From positions 1 to 64,000 of the IMG/VR virus record IMGVR_UViG_3300021197_001481: a DNA stretch of 64,000 nt; one strand, written 5' to 3'. Below, in pieces: positions 1 to 7,566 of this stretch (position 1 is its first letter; the number at the start of each line of letters is the position of its first letter). The position numbers were made by a program, and so were the translations under genes. The notes under the pieces were generated by a model, which did not search any database, was not told where the DNA came from, and worked only from the letters and a program-made list of their open reading frames with translations. This stretch comes from a virus.

Positions 1-2
1 AC

Positions 3-320
3 ACTGGAGAAGAAGTCGAAGTCCAGTACCCATTTGAAAATGGTTACGGATCTCCCATGTACACCAATGTCATGTGGCGAGACAACTACCGTACACCAGA
101 CAAGAAAGAGTATTTCATGCCGACTCCCGATGCTACAACAGGACAAGGACAGGGTACACCAGAGGAACTTCGATTCGATCCCGAAACGATGACTCTGCCT
201 TGGACGAGTCCTGCTACGGGCGTTCACTATGAAGGAGATGCCTCTAAGTTAGCAAGTCACAAATGGAATGACTACGCAAACAACGATGATCTACTAGAGA
301 AGTGGGACAACACAATTTGA
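3..320 (+). CDS. Hypothetical protein, 5'-truncated by window edge
   Basis: The frame of ORF 57..320 is open back to nt 3 (TGEEVEVQYPFENGYGSPM...); its TGA stop overlaps the TTG of the next ORF. Confidence 0.6.
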   Translation, partial: TGEEVEVQYPFENGYGSPMYTNVMWRDNYRTPDKKEYFMPTPDATTGQGQGTPEELRFDPETMTLPWTSPATGVHYEGDASKLASHKWNDYANNDDLLEKWDNTI

Positions 321-1372
321 AGCAATTAATTTTCGCACTTTCGGCAACCTTCTGCGTCACTTCGGCGGCGCAGGAGGTTTGTCGTCCCCCAATGGTTTCT
401 TTCGGTGTGCATCGTGAAGAACTCAAAGACGGTTGGTTACATTCCACCGGAGGAATGGTTAACGAAACTCGAATGCTTGAGGTTGATTATTTTGATAATC
501 GTCGCATAGATCAATTTGAGTTTACCTCTCAGGGGTGGGTAGACTTGACACCCATTGCTATCCAAGGTAGAAAAATAAAATATAGACACAAAGTACCAAT
601 CAACTTAGGTGACTACACTATATCCCAAGACACACTCGACTATGAAGTGTGTGCCTCTGATGGTTACGTCACATTCTATTGTGAGAAATATGTTGCATCC
701 GGAGAGACTGAACGTATTGAGTGGGCATATACCGTAGAGATCGCACCATTCGGGGATCTCAATGGTGACGAGTGTATTAATGCAAGAGATCTTGGATTGT
801 TGCTTGGTGAGTGGGGAGTAGAAGGATCGCCGGGAGACTTCAACAATGATGGAACCGTAGATTCAACAGACTTGGGCATTCTACTTACAAACTGGAAAGA
901 CTACGACTGCATCGAACCACCAGATGATCCGGAGAATGGACCATACAATCCAGTGTGGGAATCGGCAGATGACATACTCGCCTTTACCATCGACTCATTT
1001 ACCGAAGTCCTTCTCACTGAAGATGTCACGGTAGAGAATCTAAAGGGTAGAATGATTGGTATCGTAGACGATGCTGGTAATGGTGCAACACAATTCTTAC
1101 ACATGATAAGCGGATGGCAAGTCCTTGGTTTATCGGGATGGAGTCCACTTGATACATGGGTGGTGGAAGTGTACGACGATGATGTATTGGTGGGTAGAAC
1201 CTCATCTGGTTCGGATGGACCAGTGTACAACCCAGACAGCACTGCCAACTATGGAAACTCTATCTATTGGAAACCAGCAATTGAACTGCCTAAAGTTGGG
1301 GATCGGTGGATCCTGTATCGATGGATAGACACGCCGGATATTCCAGAATATCCACCTTCTAGAGTGAACTGA
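317..1372 (+). CDS. Putative secreted protein with internal paired dockerin-like (Ca-binding) repeats
   Basis: Probable TTG start at 317 (TTGA overlap) gives a signal-peptide-like N-terminus MKQLIFALSATFCVTSAA|QE; motif GDLNGDECINARDLGLLLGEWG...GDFNNDGTVDSTDLGILLTNW at nt ~752-895. Confidence 0.7.
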   Translation: MKQLIFALSATFCVTSAAQEVCRPPMVSFGVHREELKDGWLHSTGGMVNETRMLEVDYFDNRRIDQFEFTSQGWVDLTPIAIQGRKIKYRHKVPINLGDYTISQDTLDYEVCASDGYVTFYCEKYVASGETERIEWAYTVEIAPFGDLNGDECINARDLGLLLGEWGVEGSPGDFNNDGTVDSTDLGILLTNWKDYDCIEPPDDPENGPYNPVWESADDILAFTIDSFTEVLLTEDVTVENLKGRMIGIVDDAGNGATQFLHMISGWQVLGLSGWSPLDTWVVEVYDDDVLVGRTSSGSDGPVYNPDSTANYGNSIYWKPAIELPKVGDRWILYRWIDTPDIPEYPPSRVN

Positions 1373-1382
1373 TTTCTTTTGT

Positions 1383-1390
1383 TATAAATA
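1383..1390 (+). promoter_or_regulatory. T4-type late promoter TATAAATA
   Basis: Exact T4 gp55 consensus, intergenic, upstream of ORF 1423 (SD GGAGG). Confidence 0.65.
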
Positions 1391-1422
1391 GAATGTCACA
1401 ATACCTAACATATGGAGGATAA

Positions 1423-2451
1423 ATGCGACTACAATACACTTACGAAGAGAGCGACTGTTACGAATACGATCCAGAGGCGACATACATCGGTGGTGCGCCC
1501 CCGACCCGAACCGAGGGTATTCCCGTTGGTTGGAAAAAAGGATCATTTGCAGAACAAGACGGACTTGATCTTTCATCCTTCAATGTTCGCAACCGCCGAT
1601 ATAATAACAAATCAGGTAGCACCAACCTAGACGATATCAATAACTGGAACAGCGGTTATTGGGCGACTGTTCTTGTTTCGCCTAAGCACGCAGTGGGTTG
1701 TCGCCATTACTGGAGACAAGTTCCAAGTCAAGAACGCAATCAGCGTTTCATGGGTAAAAGCGGAAAGATGTATTACCCCGAATGGGAATCTACCACCGAA
1801 TTAAGTGGAGATAAAATTGTAATTACATTTAAAGAAGAACTTCCTGATGATGTAACACCAATTCAGTGCGGGGATCTTGAGTATGTGCCAGTGGGAAGTA
1901 AGATCTACCAATTAACCAATCAGGGTATGCTTCACTACATGTATAGCAAGGGTGGTAGAATGTCTGGTTATAGTGGTCGTGTGTTTGACTTCGAGTATGA
2001 AGTTGACGACATCATGGGCGAAAGACTAGGAATCTGGAGTGGTGATTCTGGTACTCCGACATTTGTCAAGGACGAAGACAACGACAAACTCTATTGGTTA
2101 GGAAATAAATGGGGTGGTTTCCCTGTACGAGAAAACGATCCTTCTACGATTGAGTTGTCTGATTTCCTTGCAGGTGCAACGAGTGACGCTCGTCCACGAG
2201 GTTATGACTTTCCTATCGCCAAACTCAGTGGTGGAACTATAGACTTCAACAATGACGGTAAGATTGATTCTGCCGATCTCGGACATATTCTATCAGCATG
2301 GGGAACCAATCCCAAGATCAATGAGTATTTTGAACTACACGATCTAAACGACGACGGAGTGATCGACTCTAGTGACATGGGTGAGATACTTGCCAATTGG
2401 GGTATAACTGGTGATAAAGTAATTTTTGATCCTGACGAGATCGACGAGTAA
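1423..2451 (+). CDS. Trypsin-like (PA clan) serine protease with C-terminal dockerin-like domain
   Basis: TVLVSPKHAVGCRHY (His motif), GDKIVI (candidate Asp), GDSGTP (Ser motif); C-terminal DFNNDGKIDSADLGHILSAWG...DLNDDGVIDSSDMGEILANWG. Confidence 0.7.
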   Translation: MRLQYTYEESDCYEYDPEATYIGGAPPTRTEGIPVGWKKGSFAEQDGLDLSSFNVRNRRYNNKSGSTNLDDINNWNSGYWATVLVSPKHAVGCRHYWRQVPSQERNQRFMGKSGKMYYPEWESTTELSGDKIVITFKEELPDDVTPIQCGDLEYVPVGSKIYQLTNQGMLHYMYSKGGRMSGYSGRVFDFEYEVDDIMGERLGIWSGDSGTPTFVKDEDNDKLYWLGNKWGGFPVRENDPSTIELSDFLAGATSDARPRGYDFPIAKLSGGTIDFNNDGKIDSADLGHILSAWGTNPKINEYFELHDLNDDGVIDSSDMGEILANWGITGDKVIFDPDEIDE

Positions 2452-2456
2452 ACCTA

Positions 2457-2687
2457 TTAGACTGCTTTGCGTCTTGCTCGGGACATGAAGCGTGATCGCA
2501 ATGCCCGGTTTACTACTTGGTTGTAGCGGATGACATAATCAGCAACATCTTTATCATCAATATCATTGATGTCAGGTAATTTTGTTTTTTCTTCCTCAAT
2601 CTCATCAACTTCTTCTTCGATTTCGGGTTGTACAACCTTCTTCGATGCTTCGTTGAGTGATTTGAAAAGATTTTTGTCTAGACGCAT
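2457..2687 (-). CDS. Small acidic/basic hypothetical protein (possible head-internal protein)
   Basis: SD GAGG, upstream ATACATA motif (2704-2710, minus), N-terminal SLNE resembling a gp21 cleavage site. Confidence 0.6.
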   Translation of the reverse strand: MRLDKNLFKSLNEASKKVVQPEIEEEVDEIEEEKTKLPDINDIDDKDVADYVIRYNQVVNRALRSRFMSRARRKAV

Positions 2688-2783
2688 ATGTTACCTCTGA
2701 TATTATGTATAAGAATTTTAAAACTACTACATATTGATAACGGTTTTAGGTAAAACCACAAGAAATCTCAAGGAGAATGTTGA

Positions 2784-3059
2784 ATGACTGATCGATCAAA
2801 AGATGCTTTACACAAGAAGTTTGGTATGGCAGCAATTTTAGTAGGGTGGTTTGTGACCATTGCCGCACTTGTATATAATTTTGCAACAACTAATGCAAAT
2901 TATGCACATAGAATTGCAACGATTGAGCAGGAATTACTCAACCTCGACTCACGAATGGATGTGAGTGAGGCATTCAGGATTGAACTTGCTGCTGACTTAG
3001 CAGAAATCAAGACGGATCTACTCTGGATCCGTCGAACAATGGAAGAACAAGGAAGATAA
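2784..3059 (+). CDS. Small single-TM plus coiled-coil membrane protein
   Basis: Hydrophobic FGMAAILVGWFVTIAALVYNF followed by a heptad-like helix; SD AAGGAG; upstream CTACATA. Confidence 0.65.
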   Translation: MTDRSKDALHKKFGMAAILVGWFVTIAALVYNFATTNANYAHRIATIEQELLNLDSRMDVSEAFRIELAADLAEIKTDLLWIRRTMEEQGR

Positions 3060-3062
3060 ACT

Positions 3063-5336
3063 ATGTGGTATCCACCCAATAAACAACAAATCGAAAGTAA
3101 CACTAACCCATTCCGTGCTTTGACTCCAGAGCAGATGCGTCTCAAGCACCAACAGGAGATCGCTGAACAAGAGATGCGGAAGGCAGAAGAAGAGGGAAAA
3201 AAGAATCTTGATGAAAAAGTCAAGGTTCCTTCTAAACTGATCAAAGATTTCCAGAAGGAGATCAAGAACGAACGTGATTATCAGTTCGCCGGGACAGACG
3301 ACAAAGAGAACAAAAAGCAAATCATTGAGGATGAGAAAGAACTTCTTAAAGTTTTAAAGTTCTTACAAAAAGGACAAATTGAAAAAGCATATGACGCTTT
3401 CGACGCACTGGATACCGCGTTAGCAGATGTCGTGCCACAAAAACTACTCAAGTTTATGGACCAGAATCTCGATGAAAATACCATTGCACTTCTCGATGAA
3501 ATCGTAAGAGCAAAAGACAAGTACCCTGAAATTGACAAGATCAAAAAGGTCATGAAGAAAAAGGGCATCGGGTTCTACACCGAAAAGGGTAAGATCATGG
3601 TCAACCCCAAGAATGAGATGGAAGCAAAAGAAGCACTTAACAAAGCATTCGGTGGCGACTACGAGAAGAAAACCGGTATGCAGGTCAAGGGTGATAAAAA
3701 GACTTCACTCTCCGCAGAGACAGAACTTGATGAAGGTCTCGGTCGGAACATGCGTATGATAAAGTCGGTCAAGGATAAGTTGACCAAGGCAGGCATCAGA
3801 AGTGCCATCATGTTTGATGAGGTCCATGTCGCTCCCGACAATGTAAAAGAAGCAGAAAAGATTGTTGGTAAGATGCCATTCAAGGTTGTCCCACAAAAGA
3901 AACTCGAAGAGATGTCTGCCAAGGATCACTACAGGAAAGTCATGAGAGGTGGCAAGGGTAAGGGATTCGTGGTTAGCAATCCCATCGACCGTGAACGATA
4001 CCCTAACCGTGAGAAAGAAGGACTCGAAGGACCATACAAGAGTCGCAAGTCTGGTAAGATTTTCTACTACGACAAAAAAGAGGGCAAGTATTACGATCCT
4101 GATTCTGATATGTTCCTTGATGTTTCCGATGTCATGGAGTCAACCGAACTCGATGAAGCAACCTTCCACACTGTTTTTGTCACTGCAAGTAGAACAGCGT
4201 ACAGAAAACTCGAATCATTGATTGCATCCATTGATGGATATAAAGGGGCAGAATTTGATAACGGCAAAGCATCTTTCGTCTTTGATGCAAAGAGTCATGG
4301 TGGTGCAGCACGCAGAAAAGTGGGCGAGTTTATCAAGAAGGTAAGTGGTGCTAAATTCAGTCACGCCATAGCAGAGGACACCGAACTCACTGAAGCATGG
4401 ACCGCAGACAGCGTGAAGAAAAACGCCGACATTGGTTCCGATAGTGGTTACGGTATCAACATCAAGAAGCGTGGGTCGATCACCAAGACTCCATACAAGC
4501 ATATGCTCATGCTACGAACCAGTGCCAAGAAGATCAAGGTCAGATTCGATCATGGTAAGGATGAGTTCGTTGGTTCTCCTGAGCAGGTTGCAGATCACCT
4601 CAACAGAATCCTTGGTATCAAGGAAAACCCAGAGTACGAAAAGGAACTATCAGATATGAACATCGGAGAGATCAACGAAAAGGTCATGCGACCAATGGGA
4701 CTTCCCGGTAAGTTCCCACCCAAGGGTAAGTTTACCAAACAACAGATTGATGCACTTCGTAAGGAGTACGCCAAGATTGGTAGCGTCGATCCCTCGTCCA
4801 AGACCTATGGTAACTTAACAGACTTCCTTGATTCGTTGTCCGATGATATGATCAAGCAACTTTCAACAGCGAAGATTAAGTTTATCTCAGGACTTGCACT
4901 CAACCGTGCAATGAAACGAGGACTCAAGGACTCATACGAGTTTGACTCAAAGACTGGTGAGTACATTCGTGCAGACGGAGAAGATCCACTAGGAATCGAC
5001 GGTGGGTTGCAGAGACAGGTCAAGGAGTCCGTTGAACTAGATGAAGCAGCAGACGAAGTTGCTGCCCGTGAACTGACTCTTTACATCGAAAATGATGCCA
5101 GTCTTTATCGACAAAGAGTTCAACCAATTATTAAGAACCTTGCACGCAAGATGAAGAAGGGAACCTTTGATGCGGAACTCGCAGTAAAGGGATTCATGTA
5201 TGCAGTCGAACATGGTCTTAAGAATTACAAGAAAGACTTTGGTCCCGGATTCAAGATCGACAAGGATACCAAGAAGAAGGTTGCACAAGACCTACTAGAC
5301 AACTTCATGGATGAGATCGAGGACGCAGCAAAATGA
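3063..5336 (+). CDS. Lys/Glu-rich multi-module protein with repeated (E)L-x-E motifs; putative prohead-protease-processed internal head protein
   Basis: 757-aa ORF; ETELDE, ESTELDE, EDTELTE, ESVELDE, NLDE, KLEE, EINE separate short domains. Confidence 0.6.
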   Translation: MWYPPNKQQIESNTNPFRALTPEQMRLKHQQEIAEQEMRKAEEEGKKNLDEKVKVPSKLIKDFQKEIKNERDYQFAGTDDKENKKQIIEDEKELLKVLKFLQKGQIEKAYDAFDALDTALADVVPQKLLKFMDQNLDENTIALLDEIVRAKDKYPEIDKIKKVMKKKGIGFYTEKGKIMVNPKNEMEAKEALNKAFGGDYEKKTGMQVKGDKKTSLSAETELDEGLGRNMRMIKSVKDKLTKAGIRSAIMFDEVHVAPDNVKEAEKIVGKMPFKVVPQKKLEEMSAKDHYRKVMRGGKGKGFVVSNPIDRERYPNREKEGLEGPYKSRKSGKIFYYDKKEGKYYDPDSDMFLDVSDVMESTELDEATFHTVFVTASRTAYRKLESLIASIDGYKGAEFDNGKASFVFDAKSHGGAARRKVGEFIKKVSGAKFSHAIAEDTELTEAWTADSVKKNADIGSDSGYGINIKKRGSITKTPYKHMLMLRTSAKKIKVRFDHGKDEFVGSPEQVADHLNRILGIKENPEYEKELSDMNIGEINEKVMRPMGLPGKFPPKGKFTKQQIDALRKEYAKIGSVDPSSKTYGNLTDFLDSLSDDMIKQLSTAKIKFISGLALNRAMKRGLKDSYEFDSKTGEYIRADGEDPLGIDGGLQRQVKESVELDEAADEVAARELTLYIENDASLYRQRVQPIIKNLARKMKKGTFDAELAVKGFMYAVEHGLKNYKKDFGPGFKIDKDTKKKVAQDLLDNFMDEIEDAAK

Positions 5337-5361
5337 GATACATAGAAATAGGAGATAACAC

Positions 5362-5778
5362 ATGAGTGATTTAGGAGCAGGTGGAACAGTTGACTACAGT
5401 GCTATTGGGAACTTCACCACAAGAGCAAATTCAAATGCGACTGATATCCGCAGAACAATCGCACCAACCCCAACGGTGGTTGGAACTTTTCATTTTCTTA
5501 ACAACGCAGGATTCAGTGGTGCAGGTGATGTAATCAAAGGCGTGTTACCCGGAGTTGATACCACAATATTAAATCAGGGTCTGCTTTTGCGTGTTGTTGA
5601 CAATGTAGCAGGAACTGTCGGACACGTTGGAATCACAAAAGCAAGTGCAGTTGCTGGGGATGCTGTGCTTCTTGAAGCGGGTGATGAACTTTACGTCCCG
5701 GCGAAGAAACTCAATGACATTATCATCGGACATACAACAGCGACCGCAGGGATTACCCTTTCTGTATTAGGAGAGTGA
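5362..5778 (+). CDS. Hypothetical virion-type protein, paralog of 5780..6316
   Basis: SD AGGAG; upstream ATACATA; shared N-terminus MSDLxAxGxVDYS...NATDIRR. Confidence 0.7.
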   Translation: MSDLGAGGTVDYSAIGNFTTRANSNATDIRRTIAPTPTVVGTFHFLNNAGFSGAGDVIKGVLPGVDTTILNQGLLLRVVDNVAGTVGHVGITKASAVAGDAVLLEAGDELYVPAKKLNDIIIGHTTATAGITLSVLGE

Positions 5779-5779
5779 T

Positions 5780-6316
5780 ATGAGCGACCTAGATGCTAAC
5801 GGGAATGTTGACTACAGTAACATTCCAGCGTTCACTGTTCGTGGGAAACAAACAAACGCCACTGATATTCGTAGGTCTATCGGTACATTTCCCTCTGTCT
5901 ATAAAATTACCAACTTACGTCAAGCAAACACGGCGGACACATTCCAAACAATAAAAGAACTTACTGGTGTCTCTGCTGCGGTCGAGGGCATAGAAATAAC
6001 TGTTCATGGGATGACGGCGAGTCTTGCTCTTCAGAAATTTCGCTCCCACAATACTCTTATTAAATTTGGTGGAATAACAGGTTCAGTTGCAAATCCTCCT
6101 ACTGCTGACTTCTTTAAAGACAAATTTATGATTGAAAGAACTCACCTGTCGGGAGGAGGATTCACCGCTGATGTTAATGCAGAGACAAGCGAGGGTATTT
6201 TTATTCCAATAGAAGATCTTTCACAGATATCAATTGCAGGAATAACAAATGTAAACTCAGTAGTTTTGCTCCCAGACACTATTTACGAATCATTATTGGA
6301 GATTAAAATCAAATGA
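5780..6316 (+). CDS. Hypothetical virion-type protein, paralog of 5362..5778
   Basis: SD AGGAG; shared N-terminal motif. Confidence 0.7.
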   Translation: MSDLDANGNVDYSNIPAFTVRGKQTNATDIRRSIGTFPSVYKITNLRQANTADTFQTIKELTGVSAAVEGIEITVHGMTASLALQKFRSHNTLIKFGGITGSVANPPTADFFKDKFMIERTHLSGGGFTADVNAETSEGIFIPIEDLSQISIAGITNVNSVVLLPDTIYESLLEIKIK

Positions 6317-6870
6317 GCATATATTCAGGATCATCTCCCTTTTCTAGAGGTAAACTAGGTGGCAACAAACTTGCCGGTACAAAAACATCCCGTGGTACTG
6401 CAAAGAAAAGAAAACTTAGGGACGACGCAAGGCGGACAGTAAATGTCGTTACGGCAACCGGAGACGCAACAGACTTCCGAGGTGCTGTCTATATCGGGGG
6501 TGGGGCGGCAACTTTCAACGATGACGATTCTATTATGAAAAGAATCGCAAATTTTGTATCGACCGCCTCGCTCGCCACCAATCTTAAACTTTTCGATAAC
6601 ACCGATTGTTTTAGTCTGAAAATCACAATCGGCAACAACTTCAAGACGGACGGTGCGTTCACTGCCACCTCGGCAGAGGAAGCGATTGGTGGATTAAAAA
6701 AGATGCAATTCACTTTAACAGTCGAGGACGATACAACATATGAAGGGTTATTTGACAGATATGGCACCGGTGGTGCTGGACTGGGGGGTTATATTATTGA
6801 ATTCCCACTACTCACTGCTGCCCCCACATTAGGAAAAGAATGCACTTTAAAGATAACTTACGTCGATTAA
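6313..6870 (+). CDS. Hypothetical protein
   Basis: ATGA overlap with upstream gene; basic N-terminus. Confidence 0.65.
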   Translation: MSIYSGSSPFSRGKLGGNKLAGTKTSRGTAKKRKLRDDARRTVNVVTATGDATDFRGAVYIGGGAATFNDDDSIMKRIANFVSTASLATNLKLFDNTDCFSLKITIGNNFKTDGAFTATSAEEAIGGLKKMQFTLTVEDDTTYEGLFDRYGTGGAGLGGYIIEFPLLTAAPTLGKECTLKITYVD

Positions 6871-6871
6871 C

Positions 6872-6900
6872 TTGACACAATACAGAATGGATGCTATAAT
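6872..6900 (+). promoter_or_regulatory. Sigma70-type (early) promoter
   Basis: Perfect TTGACA-17bp-TATAAT with TG extension. Confidence 0.85.
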
Positions 6901-7566
6901 ATGCATGTGAACAACGATAAAACATTTACTCATGTACCCACTAAACATACTTTTGAAAATCTAAAGTGTGTTACGACCGAGGGCAGCAGACATTACGTCT
7001 GTCCAGATGGAAATAAGTATTTTTCCGTCACCACGGTAACAGGACATAAGAAGAAAGCATTCTTTGCCGAGTGGCGAAGAAAGAACCCAGAGGAGTCCAA
7101 GCGGGTATGCTCGCGTGGAAACAATCTGCACTCCCTTATTGAAGATTATATTAACAACAAGGAACTCAACCCAAAGGGTAACGAGACCATGCTGTTTAGA
7201 CAATCTTTACCTATGCTCAATAAGATTGATAATATTCACGCCCAAGAAGTACCACTCTATAGTAAATTACTTAAACTTGCTGGTCGCGTGGACTGCGTTG
7301 CTGAATTTGATGGTGTTCTATCGATTATCGATTTCAAGGGTTCAACCCGAGAAAAGCGTAGAAGTGATATTGGCAATTACTTTCAACAAGCAACTGCATA
7401 TGCAATTATGTGGAAAGAAATGACTGGTCAGACTATTGAACAGATTGTCATTCTAATTGCAAGCGAAGATGGAAGCACACAAGAGATCGTGGATAACCCG
7501 ATCAATCACGTTGCCTCTCTTCGTCAAACTATTGAAGACTTCCAGAACCTTACAGTCCAGCGGTAA
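6901..7566 (+). CDS. PD-(D/E)XK exonuclease (lambda-Exo/Cas4-like phage nuclease)
   Basis: YFSVTTV, RGNNLHSLIE, LAGRVDCVAEFDGVLSIIDFKGS, YFQQATAYA; the true start may be GTG 6907 (leaderless). Confidence 0.85.
   Translation: MHVNNDKTFTHVPTKHTFENLKCVTTEGSRHYVCPDGNKYFSVTTVTGHKKKAFFAEWRRKNPEESKRVCSRGNNLHSLIEDYINNKELNPKGNETMLFRQSLPMLNKIDNIHAQEVPLYSKLLKLAGRVDCVAEFDGVLSIIDFKGSTREKRRSDIGNYFQQATAYAIMWKEMTGQTIEQIVILIASEDGSTQEIVDNPINHVASLRQTIEDFQNLTVQR

Noticed and set aside
1393-1422. In-frame 9-codon uORF or stop readthrough upstream of the protease
   Set aside because: Ends in TAA and contains the downstream gene's SD (GGAGG); most simply chance
2784-3059. Holin or spanin call
   Set aside because: Only one TM helix plus coiled coil, no adjacent endolysin and no lipobox; left as hypothetical membrane protein
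6901-7566. Cas4-like nuclease as evidence of a CRISPR system
   Set aside because: No repeat-spacer array or other cas genes seen; lacks the Cas4 Fe-S cysteine cluster; this exonuclease type is common in T4-like phages
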